Virus record (IMG/VR): IMGVR_UViG_3300046168_000050 | Source: a virus | Strand: one strand, 5' to 3' | Length of the DNA: 64,000 nucleotides | Shown: positions 35,846 to 46,006 of the stretch, piece after piece | How positions within the stretch are numbered: the first letter of the stretch is position 1 | Layout: every line of letters begins with the position of its first letter | The notes under the pieces: generated by a model | Told to the model about the DNA's origin: nothing | Database searches by the model: none | Seen by the model: only the letters and a program-made list of their open reading frames with translations | Made by a program: the position numbers and the translations under genes

Positions 35846-36266
35846 TTTGACCCTCGTTTTTTCCAATTGAAATTTTACGAGGACGCATTTCTTCAGGGAT
35901 GACGTACTTCAGTTCGATTGCAAGTATACCATCTTGAATATCTGCTCCGTGCACATTTACGTGCTCAGACAGCCGGAAGGTTCTTTTAAACTTCTTCGTA
36001 GAAATACCACGATGAATAAAGTTTCTACCTTTTGAAACATGCTCACCTGTCACAGTCAAGGTACGATCCTTAACTTCAACAGTTAGTTCATCTTGACTAA
36101 AACCGGCCACAGCTAATTCAATCAGATAATCCGACTCAGATGTTTTAATAATATTATGGGGCGGATAGTGATCGTTTGAATGTTTAGCCGTGTATTCTAA
36201 CTCGTTAAACAGATGGTCGAAACCTACAAAAGATGAACGGGGAAATAGTGTTGTTAAGCCTGTCAT
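35796..36266 (-). CDS. small heat shock protein (Hsp20/IbpA-like)
   Basis: FVGFD, YPPHNI, LAVAGF, HRGIS, DGIL, PEEMRPRKI. Confidence 0.93.
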   Translation of the reverse strand: MTGLTTLFPRSSFVGFDHLFNELEYTAKHSNDHYPPHNIIKTSESDYLIELAVAGFSQDELTVEVKDRTLTVTGEHVSKGRNFIHRGISTKKFKRTFRLSEHVNVHGADIQDGILAIELKYVIPEEMRPRKISIGKNEGQNDTTYTNSAQLLNESS

Positions 36267-36321
36267 TGTTATCTCCTTTTGATCAAGCAAGATTTTAAAT
36301 GGACCCAGTTAACTGGCATCC
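36267..36321 (-). promoter_or_regulatory. ROSE-like RNA thermometer in sHSP 5' UTR
   Basis: AUCUUGCUU pairs with AAGGAGAU (SD) with bulged G; upstream hairpin GGAUGCCAG..CUGGGUCC. Confidence 0.75.
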
Positions 36322-36326
36322 GTAGT

Positions 36327-36359
36327 TATTTATATAGTGTTAGCTATTACAAATGTACA
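36327..36359 (-). promoter_or_regulatory. late promoter plus TGTACA element upstream of sHSP
   Basis: TATAAATA 36327-36334; TGTACA 36354-36359. Confidence 0.6.
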
Positions 36360-36377
36360 TAGCCGTTATTCATTTTT

Positions 36378-36683
36378 TTACACTTCTATGTCAATAAATT
36401 GCCCCTGAGTCTCTCCTGGACTAATACTATCACCATCTCTATTATATCGTATAGCAGCCTGCTCTCTTAGCGCTTGCACTTCTTTTGCGCGCTCTTCGAC
36501 CTCTTTAACTTGATTAAGTTTAATCTCAGTACGAGTAGCTGCTTCCACCACACGAATACGTTCTTTTTCTTGTGGAGGCTTAATATGTTCACTATTTGGA
36601 TATACGCTGGGATGACCATATTTAGCTGCTTGAATTTGCTGATACATTTCAAATGGCATGCCGTGAGTAGGAAGTGCTTTCAT
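36378..36683 (-). CDS. hypothetical protein
   Basis: TAATG coupling to regA; ends GQFIDIEV. Confidence 0.6.
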   Translation of the reverse strand: MKALPTHGMPFEMYQQIQAAKYGHPSVYPNSEHIKPPQEKERIRVVEAATRTEIKLNQVKEVEERAKEVQALREQAAIRYNRDGDSISPGETQGQFIDIEV

Positions 36684-37090
36684 TACTTATTTCCTATGTT
36701 GTATTTAGGGCAAAGTTCCCATTCATTTTTTTCTTTAAATGGTATAATTTTAATGAGTCTTATCGGAGCGCAATCAAGTTCTTGATTTATCTCAAATTGT
36801 ATTAAGCCCCAGTCACTTAAAAGTTGCGCGATCGTATTTCTACGTTGAATGTCAGACAATTCTAAGTTAGCCTTTTTACCATCCAGTAAAAATAACTCTT
36901 TAAAATGTACTATAAAATATCTACCTTGTTTATGTAGAATATGGCATGACTGAAATAGTTTCTTATCTTTACGAGAAGCTACACCAATGCGAGTTAATGT
37001 TTCTCTTACTTTAAGAAAATCATCTGGCTCATTTAAGTGAATCTCAAACATCTGCGTTGGAGACCACTCTACTAAATTATTTTCTTCCAC
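36683..37090 (-). CDS. regA: translational repressor RegA
   Basis: PDDFLKVRETLTRIG..LFQSCHILHKQGRY.IVHFKE. Confidence 0.95.
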   Translation of the reverse strand: MEENNLVEWSPTQMFEIHLNEPDDFLKVRETLTRIGVASRKDKKLFQSCHILHKQGRYFIVHFKELFLLDGKKANLELSDIQRRNTIAQLLSDWGLIQFEINQELDCAPIRLIKIIPFKEKNEWELCPKYNIGNK

Positions 37091-37454
37091 CTTTGTTCAC
37101 CTTCTTTTTTATTATAGTTATTTGTTCAGGTGATAGAAGGGGCAGGATTTGTTTAGCTTTTTCGTTGCTATAGCCATAGTATTCTTTTACCACTTCAATA
37201 TCACGTTCAGTTTCAGGTTTTATCCATTTCGAAAAACGTTTCCGCTTACGAATTGTATTTATAAGAAAGTGATATTGAAGTTTTTTATCTATTTGGTGGT
37301 ATTGATTTACCACATTAGCAAGACCAACAGTGTCATTAAAATAAGAAAGACTACGATTAATAAGATAAGAATTGTATCCTCGCTCATCTATGTCGTCCTC
37401 CATTATGTCTTTTTTTGTAGAATTAATACTATTTAAATATTCAAACGGATTCAT
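37077..37454 (-). CDS. 62: clamp loader small subunit gp62
   Basis: INRSLSY..DT...AN, RKRKRFSKW, YYGYS. Confidence 0.9.
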   Translation of the reverse strand: MNPFEYLNSINSTKKDIMEDDIDERGYNSYLINRSLSYFNDTVGLANVVNQYHQIDKKLQYHFLINTIRKRKRFSKWIKPETERDIEVVKEYYGYSNEKAKQILPLLSPEQITIIKKKVNKGGRK

Positions 37455-38386
37455 TGAAAATTCACTTGTGCCATAATCTCGGTTAGGCATGCCACCACGT
37501 TCAGTTCATGATCAGCCACAAATGCATCTTTATACTGATAGTCAGCAAGTATAAGAACAAGCTGGGGTATACTTTGAGGCTGCACGGTTTCATGCATATT
37601 ATCATAAAGACCTCTAAAAATAGAGGAGGTATCTATATCCATGTGGTTAACGACCCAAGACCTCATCTTCTTAAAGTCCTTAGCCTTTAGATATTTACTT
37701 AAATCACTGAAACTATCTATACTTGAACTACTTTCATCAATAGATGAACCCGCAATAGAGCTTCTTTGGCATTCATTAATCACTCGGCGCCAATCTGGAG
37801 CGTGTTTCATAATTAAGCCGGCTAGGCCCTTACTAGTAAATGACACGCCTTCTTTATAGAGAATATCAGCAAGCCGATCCATAAAGTCGCCGCAAAGCTG
37901 AGCCATATCTTTTTTACTTGTATTAAATTCATACACGCCACAACGAGAGTGTAGAGGCTCAATGATTCGATTCTTAAAGTTACAGGTAAGAATAAATCGG
38001 CAATTATTTGAGAACTCTTCGATAAATCCACGAAGCGCTGGTTGAGTAGATTGAGGATTGAGATAATCAGCCTCATCAAGTATGCATACTTTATATCCAC
38101 CGGATAATGAAACTGTTGATGCAAACTGTTTAATTTTTCCCCTGAGCGTATCGATATTACCTTCTTCTGAACCGTTAATTATAATGTAGTCAAGCCCTAG
38201 CTCATTGCATAGGGCTTTTGCTATAGTAGTTTTACCTAAACCGGCAGAGCCGGTGAACAGCATATTAGGCAGCTCACCGGTCTCTACGATACTCTGAAAC
38301 GTCTTTTTTAATGAAGATGGTAGTATAGTTTCAGAGATTTTTGTTGGACGATATTTTTCAACCCAAAGAAAATTATCTTTGTTCAT
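37451..38386 (-). CDS. 44: clamp loader large subunit gp44
   Basis: WVEKYRP, GLGKTT, DEAD, SRC. Confidence 0.95.
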   Translation of the reverse strand: MNKDNFLWVEKYRPTKISETILPSSLKKTFQSIVETGELPNMLFTGSAGLGKTTIAKALCNELGLDYIIINGSEEGNIDTLRGKIKQFASTVSLSGGYKVCILDEADYLNPQSTQPALRGFIEEFSNNCRFILTCNFKNRIIEPLHSRCGVYEFNTSKKDMAQLCGDFMDRLADILYKEGVSFTSKGLAGLIMKHAPDWRRVINECQRSSIAGSSIDESSSSIDSFSDLSKYLKAKDFKKMRSWVVNHMDIDTSSIFRGLYDNMHETVQPQSIPQLVLILADYQYKDAFVADHELNVVACLTEIMAQVNFQ

Positions 38387-38403
38387 AATATAATAATACC
38401 TTT

Positions 38404-38631
38404 TTATTCAGATTCAGCGGCCTGATCTTGTTGATGCGTTTCGCACATACTGACCATTTGTGTACACTGATCACGCAATTGGCCAAGAGTAGATAGCTCC
38501 TCACCTTTAATAGCTCCACGTTGTACCATAGTATCTACTACGGCAATGGTAGATCTAGAAATACGATTTGCTAGATCGTATACAGGATTATGTGACTCAT
38601 GAGCTAATTTTACTTCATCTTCTTTTGACAT
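38404..38631 (-). CDS. hypothetical protein
   Basis: RSTIAVVDTMVQRGAIKGEEL..GQLRD; GGAG RBS. Confidence 0.65.
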   Translation of the reverse strand: MSKEDEVKLAHESHNPVYDLANRISRSTIAVVDTMVQRGAIKGEELSTLGQLRDQCTQMVSMCETHQQDQAAESE

Positions 38632-38632
38632 T

Positions 38633-39307
38633 TTATTCTCCGTAGGTTGATGTCTTTTCAAGTGCAACCCAGTAGGTTACGTTGCTGTTTTGACTTTTAA
38701 ATTCTGAAATGAGTTTAGATGATATCTTGACATCATATGAGTCAGTTACCATCTTTAGGCTTGAAATATTTAAAATAAATTTAAATTGTTCGCTAGTATA
38801 TCCTCCATCTACTTCAATTGAATATTCGTTAGCAGTAGTATTCTCTGGATCAAAGATCGACAGTTTAATAGCCCCGCTAGAAGCTTCTACTGCAACTTGG
38901 CTATTACCTAATACGCTTGAGCCACGCTTTAATGAATTTAATGTACCTTCATCTAAGGTAAACCAAACATCAGCTTCTGGCATAGTTATAGGTTTACTTG
39001 GTGTCGTAAGCATCTCTGTATCAGAATAAAAATACTTAATGTTCTCACGGCCGCTCTGGCTCTTGATAACCATATGCGTATCTTCAAAATTAACATTAGG
39101 CTTATCAACCAATCCTAACACATTTAGGAACTCTTGTAAATCATAAATTCCTACAACAGCATCAAAAGTTTCAGTCAGATCCGCTTGGGCCAGAACATTC
39201 TTAGCTTCTGATACTGTAAGTAAAGTATTCCCAGGCTTAATAACAATATTACTATTGATACCAGCAAAGTTCTTGAGAACACTGACAGTATTTGCACTTA
39301 TTTCCAT
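38633..39307 (-). CDS. 45: sliding clamp gp45
   Basis: LKNFAGIN, IYDL.EFL, YWVALE. Confidence 0.93.
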   Translation of the reverse strand: MEISANTVSVLKNFAGINSNIVIKPGNTLLTVSEAKNVLAQADLTETFDAVVGIYDLQEFLNVLGLVDKPNVNFEDTHMVIKSQSGRENIKYFYSDTEMLTTPSKPITMPEADVWFTLDEGTLNSLKRGSSVLGNSQVAVEASSGAIKLSIFDPENTTANEYSIEVDGGYTSEQFKFILNISSLKMVTDSYDVKISSKLISEFKSQNSNVTYWVALEKTSTYGE

Positions 39308-39309
39308 AA

Positions 39310-41031
39310 TTAATTACCTTTAATTTTACTGAAATTCTTTTCTTTATAGACTTCGATCTTATTATCAAATCTTCCGTCTAGCATTTCACCCTTATGTGAT
39401 ATCACAAAGACATTGGTATCATCACCAAGTGTCTGTATAATTTTCATTAGATTGTCTACTCCTTCATAATCTAGTGATGAATCAAAAGTCTCATCAAGCA
39501 TCAACAGATTAGTTGACACGCTGTTTTTCATCTTAGCAATCTGTCGCCACGTGAAAAGAAGCGCTAGGTCAATACGCTGTTTTTCACCTTCAGAAAAGGA
39601 ATCATAAGAGAAGTTATCTCTATGGCGTGATTTAATTGTCTCGGAAAAGGCTTCGTCTAAATAGAAAGAAACGAAGAAGTCAAGCACCTGTAAGTACTTA
39701 TTTACGAGGTTATTTATAACAGGTAGATATTGCTTTATGATTTTTGTTTTGATGCCTGTATCTTTTAGCATCTCCAGTATAACAGTATTATAACTTAAAC
39801 TTTCATTAATGTACAATCTTTTTTCAAATAAATCATCCTTTAATTTTCTAAGAGTTTCAAGCTCATCGCGTGATTTACTTAGATCTCCTCCAGATCCCCG
39901 TATCTGTTCGATCGAACTATTGATAGATGCAATCTGTTCTTGTAACCGACCAATTGTTTTATTGTTAGAAGTAATAATAGAGGTTTTGTCTCTAATTTCG
40001 CCTGCGGTATTCGTGAGCCTTTCAATAGTTGACTCCACAACAGCCGCTCTGTCACTGACATCACGTACGGCACTGCTAAGTTTGCTAGCTTTTTCTTTAG
40101 CGGCTTCCAGCTTTGTGTCTCTGACGTCCGGACTAATATCTTGGGTACATGTGGGGCATGTATCATTCTCTTCGTAAAACTTAGTTTCTTTGACCAGTGT
40201 TTTGATTTTTTGATTGAACTCGGCTTGGTAGTGTAATAGGCTTTGCCTTTTATCGTGGTTTTCTTTGAGGCCTTCTTGGAGTCCATCGGACCTTTCTTCG
40301 ATCTCAGCTGATAATGAAACATTTTCACGTTGAAAGGAATCAATTTCTTCTTGTGCATTGCTGATGTCTGCTTCTTTACTATTGATTTGCTCAACCGACA
40401 AAGCCTCCACTTCTTTAATATATTTATTCTGAAGATCAATCTTTTCTTTATTTAGATCTGCATCATAGTCTACACTTTTAAGATCATCTTTAAGAATACT
40501 ATTTTTCTCTTTTAGTATCTGATTCATTTTAGAAAAGACATTAATGTCCAGAAGATCCTCGATAACATCACGCCTATGCTGTGCAGGGAGCTGCATGAAA
40601 GGAATGAAGGAGGAAGATCCAAGCACAACAATTTGGTGGAACGACTTGTGGTTCAACTTAATGATGTTCTGTTCGAGGATCTTCTGGTACTCTTTGGCAT
40701 GCGATGACTGATTAATCATCGTGCCGTCTTTCCATATTTCAAACTTATTAGGTTTGATGCCACGCACAACCTTATATGCCGAACCTGAAACATTAAACTC
40801 AATAGTTACTATGCAATCTTTATTGTTAATTGTATTAACTAATTGTGGTTTACTAATATTTCTGTGCGCTTTGCCAAACAGGGCAAATGACAATGCATCG
40901 AGCATCGTAGATTTACCTGACCCATTATCTCCGACAATTAAATTAGATTTGTGGTTAGTAAAGTTAATACTGCTATAGGAATTTCCGGTTGATAGGAAAT
41001 TCTTCCATTTTAGGTTTTCAAATATAATCAT
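39310..41031 (-). CDS. 46: recombination ATPase gp46 (Rad50-like)
   Basis: NGSGKST, CPTC hook, FSEGEK, LDE. Confidence 0.95.
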   Translation of the reverse strand: MIIFENLKWKNFLSTGNSYSSINFTNHKSNLIVGDNGSGKSTMLDALSFALFGKAHRNISKPQLVNTINNKDCIVTIEFNVSGSAYKVVRGIKPNKFEIWKDGTMINQSSHAKEYQKILEQNIIKLNHKSFHQIVVLGSSSFIPFMQLPAQHRRDVIEDLLDINVFSKMNQILKEKNSILKDDLKSVDYDADLNKEKIDLQNKYIKEVEALSVEQINSKEADISNAQEEIDSFQRENVSLSAEIEERSDGLQEGLKENHDKRQSLLHYQAEFNQKIKTLVKETKFYEENDTCPTCTQDISPDVRDTKLEAAKEKASKLSSAVRDVSDRAAVVESTIERLTNTAGEIRDKTSIITSNNKTIGRLQEQIASINSSIEQIRGSGGDLSKSRDELETLRKLKDDLFEKRLYINESLSYNTVILEMLKDTGIKTKIIKQYLPVINNLVNKYLQVLDFFVSFYLDEAFSETIKSRHRDNFSYDSFSEGEKQRIDLALLFTWRQIAKMKNSVSTNLLMLDETFDSSLDYEGVDNLMKIIQTLGDDTNVFVISHKGEMLDGRFDNKIEVYKEKNFSKIKGN

Positions 41032-42089
41032 ACTATTTCTAAGGTTTGTGCCTCAATCATAAGATCATGCATTTCTTTTTTAATGCGATCTTTATCCAAT
41101 TCAGTTTCTACATTATCGACATAAGAGTCCAGTAGGGTACTAGTATCGTCCATAGAGATGTTCTCATCCTCTACATTTTGCCCTAAGAACTCAGAAAAAT
41201 TCTCCTGTATTTTTAATTCATGAATGTTTCTGTTATTAATTCTATCAACAAAACGATCAAATGTAAACAGGTCATTTTTGTTTATTACAACTATTTTTAC
41301 AAATTTATTCTCTAATATTTTTGTATCATATTCTCCGTAATCTGTTTTACGGTCGTCATATATTATCTTATGAAATAACGTGTGAGGATTGTGTATAGAA
41401 TCTATTTCTCTTGTTTCAGTATCTAGAACGTGAAAATACTTTTTATCATGAGCGTCGTTCCAAAAAAATTCCATCTGCGAGCCTAAATACTTAATATTTT
41501 CTCGAGAAGATTTTGTGTGGAAATGGCCAGATAATACTGTTTCAAATCTATTAAATAGTTCTGGATTAAGTCCGTGTTCGTTCTTAATACCTTTCATCAT
41601 TTCATAGCCACTAATTTCAAAGTGGCCAGCTAGCCAATCACACTTTGCGCTAGCAATAAAATCTAATGACTGCTTTTCGTTAGCAGCCGATATCCAAGGA
41701 ACAAGACCTATCTTAAAACCATCATAGCATTGCACCATAGGTTCATGAATAATATTCACTTCGTTCATGTAATGACCTAAGAGCTCTTTTAGACTATTTA
41801 AGTCATTTGTATTTTTATAGAAGGTATCATGGTTACCACAGATAATATCCATAGTAATACCATGGTCTCTTAACGGTTTAAGAAAGTGATGCCTGTTACG
41901 GTTAAGAGCACGGAAGTTGACAAACTTCCGGTTATCGTAGTAATCACCAAGATGCACAATATGCTTAATATTATGTTCCAAAAGATAAGGAAACAATACA
42001 TCAGAATAAAATTTCTCTGCATTATCGAGAAATACGTCAGAGCTATTGCGGATACCACAATGAGTGTCATTTAGAATACATATCTTCAT
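41028..42089 (-). CDS. 47: recombination nuclease gp47 (Mre11-like)
   Basis: DTH, GD..D, GNHD, GHFH. Confidence 0.95.
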   Translation of the reverse strand: MKICILNDTHCGIRNSSDVFLDNAEKFYSDVLFPYLLEHNIKHIVHLGDYYDNRKFVNFRALNRNRHHFLKPLRDHGITMDIICGNHDTFYKNTNDLNSLKELLGHYMNEVNIIHEPMVQCYDGFKIGLVPWISAANEKQSLDFIASAKCDWLAGHFEISGYEMMKGIKNEHGLNPELFNRFETVLSGHFHTKSSRENIKYLGSQMEFFWNDAHDKKYFHVLDTETREIDSIHNPHTLFHKIIYDDRKTDYGEYDTKILENKFVKIVVINKNDLFTFDRFVDRINNRNIHELKIQENFSEFLGQNVEDENISMDDTSTLLDSYVDNVETELDKDRIKKEMHDLMIEAQTLEIV

Positions 42090-42249
42090 TTAATTCATTC
42101 TCTAGTTGAACAATCTGTTCTTTCAATTTTAGTTTAGTTTTTTTAAGAAAAGAAACCCTAAGATGCGCATACGGACCTAAGTCCTTTATCTTTACATCTA
42201 ACTCAGCATGAGATGCCTTAAGGCTATCTAGTCTTGATTTTTTATTCAT
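42067..42249 (-). CDS. small DUF465/YdcH-like protein
   Basis: RL..L...H.ELD..I....LKKTKLKLKEQI. Confidence 0.5.
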   Translation of the reverse strand: MNKKSRLDSLKASHAELDVKIKDLGPYAHLRVSFLKKTKLKLKEQIVQLENELNEDMYSK

Positions 42250-42838
42250 CTTCAAAAAAACCTGCTAAACTTGAATCACTTTTAAAGCTGCGCCTTTTCC
42301 GGATCTTTTGTTCTTTTGCATAGCTTTTAAATTTAGTATCTTTTTCTTTAATCTTATCCATTCGATCCTTTAATTGATCTAAGAATGTATTCATTACATT
42401 TGTAGCTGCTATATCATTGACATCACCATAGACATATTGCTCAATACCAGACTGCGAAAGATATTTAAATTTTAAATCTTGCTGTTTCTTTTCTTTTTCA
42501 ATTCTACGCAAAAATGCGTACCATGAAATTTGAGTAAAATACGCAAATGCATTTGGCTTACCCGTACGTGTAGCCACGTCTACATTATAATTATCAATAG
42601 CTTTGAGACAGTTTTCGACTGCATCCATTACCATTTCTTCGCGGTAAGTATATCGAATAAAATTAGACTTATGTGATAGGCCTTCTGCAATCTTAAGAAA
42701 GCACTGGGCAATATAATCAGGAACTAAAGGAAGAGAAGCATCATTTTCTTTTGCCTCTTTTAATCCTTTACAATAGTCAACAACTGCTTGTGAAAACTCA
42801 GCATTATTAACGTAATGAATGCTTTTCTTTTTTGCCAT
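42242..42838 (-). CDS. 55: late transcription sigma factor gp55
   Basis: HYVNN, KIAEGLS...NF..YTYREEM..DA.ENC, NAFAYFTQI. Confidence 0.95.
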   Translation of the reverse strand: MAKKKSIHYVNNAEFSQAVVDYCKGLKEAKENDASLPLVPDYIAQCFLKIAEGLSHKSNFIRYTYREEMVMDAVENCLKAIDNYNVDVATRTGKPNAFAYFTQISWYAFLRRIEKEKKQQDLKFKYLSQSGIEQYVYGDVNDIAATNVMNTFLDQLKDRMDKIKEKDTKFKSYAKEQKIRKRRSFKSDSSLAGFFEDE

Positions 42839-42863
42839 AACGAATCCTTCATATATTAGTTAT

Positions 42864-42892
42864 ATTCTATCACATGTCATATAGTATGTACA
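42864..42892 (-). promoter_or_regulatory. g55 promoter TGTACA-17-TAGAAT
   Basis: Recurrent motif. Confidence 0.7.
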
Positions 42893-42988
42893 CAGTAAAA
42901 AAAATTAAATTTATGTATTTTTAGTATGTACAAACCGGCCAGACAGTGTATAATAAATTAAGAGCTTTTTGGTGGGGATAGTATACCT

Positions 42989-43399
42989 TTAATGCATTTT
43001 ATCCTTGTTAGGAAATACGATAACATTTTCGTCTCCTAACGAATCTAAATCAGCTTCACTCATTTCAAGCTCTACTTCTTCGGTAGATAGTTCCTCAGAC
43101 TGTTGTTCTGCATCAATTGACTGTTTATAGTGATCAATCAGATTAGATACTGGATTAGCTTCAGATGTTATATGTTGAGAATTAATCGATTGGTATATAC
43201 CATCCTGCATCTGCAACGTATACCACGGCCTAAGAGAATGAATCCTATAACCGTTTGAGGGATTATAAAAGACTTTTATTTCATATACATTACGTACAAT
43301 AATATCAACATAATCATCTTCTTCAGCTGGCCATTCTACAACCTCACAGATAATTTCATCACCTGACAACAACTTAAACTGTTTTAACTGCTTATCCAT
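42989..43399 (-). CDS. conserved T4-like hypothetical protein (between uvsW and 55)
   Basis: FKLLSGDEIICEV...LRPW. Confidence 0.7.
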   Translation of the reverse strand: MDKQLKQFKLLSGDEIICEVVEWPAEEDDYVDIIVRNVYEIKVFYNPSNGYRIHSLRPWYTLQMQDGIYQSINSQHITSEANPVSNLIDHYKQSIDAEQQSEELSTEEVELEMSEADLDSLGDENVIVFPNKDKMH

Positions 43400-44888
43400 C
43401 TAAATCTACCTTAATAATTTTATAGTTAAACTGTTCTTTTTCGTATATCTTTACGCGCTGAGCTCCATGCCCTAGTGTATAATTTTTTCTCGACTTCCAG
43501 TGCAGATCATCGGTAAGATCGTAGAGGGTTGTTTTTCTTCCGTCATCTGAGACTCTAAGACCACGTCCAATACTCTGCAGAACTTTGATTTGGGATTTGC
43601 TTGGTGAAGCGAATATAATATTATGCAAATTCCGTATATTAATACCAGTGCTAAAAGTTCCCAAGGAGGCCACGATAATCGCATCTTTTTGTTTCTCAAC
43701 TATTTTACGTATTGCTTCTCTATCTGCGGTATCAACCTCTCCTGATACAAAATAAACTTTTCTATTGCTACCTACCTTCTTATTTATCATTTCATAAAGG
43801 GGTTTTCCATGAGCATCCACACGTAGGAATAAAACCAGAGTGTTTCCGTTAGAATCAATAGCCAAATTACGAACGAGGCGATTACGAGACTCGTTTCCGA
43901 TAATGAAATCAATTTCATCTTGATATGACTTTTTACCAAATTCTTCCCTTACCTTCTTTGAGTAATTTAATAAAAGAACCTTTATATCTAATGGTGCAAG
44001 TGTGCCATCATCTTGCAAGTCTTTAGTTTTAGTAACTTGATACACTGGACCAAACAGACCTTCAAGTACTAGTTTATGTGTCTGCGTGCCATCTAAAGTT
44101 CCGGTTGTACCGAATCTATATTTTGCTTCAGTGGCCTTATTCATAATTGATGACAGTGACTTGGATTTAAACCCATGACACTCGTCACCTATAACCATAC
44201 CGAATTGCTCAAACCATTTCTTAGGGTATTTATATATGCTTTGCCATGTAGATATTATAATGGCCTTATCTGTATTCTTATCTTTTCCTGAATATATTCT
44301 ATGCATGCCTTCAGGGTTTTGACCGTAGTCGACAAAGTCTTGGTGCATTTGCTCGACTAACGACGTAGTCGGTACAATAACTAATATTCTACTACCTTTA
44401 GGGTAACCAATACCTTCTGTAATGTATTGTAACCAGTATTTGGCTAGCAGATAAATAATGAATGACTTCCCTGATCCTGTAGGAGATAAAAGAATTGCTC
44501 GAGTTCGTGTTAGGGCTGTTTCAATCGCATCGTATTGATATTCTCGAGGCTGAAATGGAAGTGCTTCGTCAGCTAGTAGATGAGGTATATCTTGAAGAGA
44601 AGGTTTCGCCGGAACAGGAAAGCCATAGCTTGACCCTTCAGTGTCAACAGAATATGACCGCTCAGCTGCAAACTTTATTAAATACACATATAGCCCAGCA
44701 GAGAGCTCTCCAGTTATGCGATTAAATAATCTAATCTTGCCGTCCCATATTTTATGCTTATAGGCCGGCATGAACTTGTACCCTGGTACGTAAAAAGAAA
44801 AATATTCAGATAATTCTGCGGCATAGCCAGGCTCGCAGTCTACATACAGCATACTATAATCTTTTAAACGTACCGTAAATTCAGCCAT
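43392..44888 (-). CDS. uvsW: UvsW helicase
   Basis: SPTGSGKS, DECH, TGT, QSIGRGLR. Confidence 0.95.
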   Translation of the reverse strand: MAEFTVRLKDYSMLYVDCEPGYAAELSEYFSFYVPGYKFMPAYKHKIWDGKIRLFNRITGELSAGLYVYLIKFAAERSYSVDTEGSSYGFPVPAKPSLQDIPHLLADEALPFQPREYQYDAIETALTRTRAILLSPTGSGKSFIIYLLAKYWLQYITEGIGYPKGSRILVIVPTTSLVEQMHQDFVDYGQNPEGMHRIYSGKDKNTDKAIIISTWQSIYKYPKKWFEQFGMVIGDECHGFKSKSLSSIMNKATEAKYRFGTTGTLDGTQTHKLVLEGLFGPVYQVTKTKDLQDDGTLAPLDIKVLLLNYSKKVREEFGKKSYQDEIDFIIGNESRNRLVRNLAIDSNGNTLVLFLRVDAHGKPLYEMINKKVGSNRKVYFVSGEVDTADREAIRKIVEKQKDAIIVASLGTFSTGINIRNLHNIIFASPSKSQIKVLQSIGRGLRVSDDGRKTTLYDLTDDLHWKSRKNYTLGHGAQRVKIYEKEQFNYKIIKVDLDG

Positions 44889-45537
44889 TATATTTTTTTC
44901 TCGCATCAAGAAACAGCGGTAGATAATCATGCGTATTTACAGTAAACACTTGAGGTTCACTATGATCTACGGTTATAAGAATTACACCTTGTTTTATTGG
45001 AATTCCAGTTCTTTCATAGAAGGCTGCAGCATAGAATGATGCCTGTATAAAGTAGTTAGTAATCCATTCTACTTTTTTAGGTTTACGTGCTGTTTTAAAA
45101 TCTATGATAGAAAGCTGATTATCGAACTCTGCAATACAGTCAACTTGTCCTGCGCATTTGAGCTTGTCGCTGTATAAAAATTCTTCTTGGAACCATATGT
45201 TATTTACCCTCTTATCTATAATTTCTTTTAGATGACTAAAAGTATATAGATTATTGGGCATCGCATCTTTATCCCACCCTTCTATATTGTCTAAATAATC
45301 TTCTGCCAGCTTATGGACTGACGTGCCCCGGCTAGCAGCCTGAAAGGATATTTTATTTGCTTCTTCTTCACCTACCCTTTTTCGCCATTTCATAATGCCA
45401 TCTTTACTTAGCGCACCTAAAACTGTAGTAATAGAAGGATATGCATTACCTTCAGGCGTAAAATATTTACGGCCTGTTTTTAAAGTTTTCCTTGTCATTT
45501 TAGGAAGAGTTATGCCGTGCTCGACGTGATTAAACAT
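44881..45537 (-). CDS. PD-(D/E)xK exonuclease
   Basis: YPSITTVL, RGT.VH, AGQVDC, IDFKT, Q...Y. Confidence 0.85.
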   Translation of the reverse strand: MFNHVEHGITLPKMTRKTLKTGRKYFTPEGNAYPSITTVLGALSKDGIMKWRKRVGEEEANKISFQAASRGTSVHKLAEDYLDNIEGWDKDAMPNNLYTFSHLKEIIDKRVNNIWFQEEFLYSDKLKCAGQVDCIAEFDNQLSIIDFKTARKPKKVEWITNYFIQASFYAAAFYERTGIPIKQGVILITVDHSEPQVFTVNTHDYLPLFLDARKKYNG

Positions 45538-45980
45538 TATGAACCTGCCTCAAATTGGCGCCACCTGATCATATTACCTATTGTCTGATGTCTCCAATTC
45601 AGACTTGTAACAATCTCTTTCAATGTATCTATAACTGTATTCCAGTACTCTATTTTTTCAACGCTAGTTTGAATCTCTGGATCGCTATCATAATAATAGT
45701 CCATTTCACCCTTCATAATTTTAAGGCCATCAAACGGATCCGGCTCCCAGCCTAATGCTTCTATTGCATCGCGATCCATTTTGCCGTTATAGTAAAGCCA
45801 TTTTTTCTTGAGTAATTTTTTCTGTGAAAGCTCTGCACGCTTCTTTGCCAGCTTTGCTTCGGCCAGCCATTGCAGATATTTAGCGTGATATGCTGGAGTA
45901 ATCCTAGAAGTTTCATCTAAGTTATTTCTATCAATAGCACTATCAGCAGCCCATTCTTCAAGAATGTTCTTTAAGTCCAT
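45537..45980 (-). CDS. uvsY: recombination mediator UvsY
   Basis: W..DS.ID, HAKYL, YY.G, N.I.WR.F.AG. Confidence 0.88.
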   Translation of the reverse strand: MDLKNILEEWAADSAIDRNNLDETSRITPAYHAKYLQWLAEAKLAKKRAELSQKKLLKKKWLYYNGKMDRDAIEALGWEPDPFDGLKIMKGEMDYYYDSDPEIQTSVEKIEYWNTVIDTLKEIVTSLNWRHQTIGNMIRWRQFEAGS

Positions 45981-46006
45981 AATATATCCTCATAATATAA
46001 GTGTAT

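Noticed and set aside
44881-45537. Cas4 as a sign of a CRISPR system
   Set aside because: Standard T4-like exonuclease between uvsY and uvsW; no Fe-S cysteine set or array
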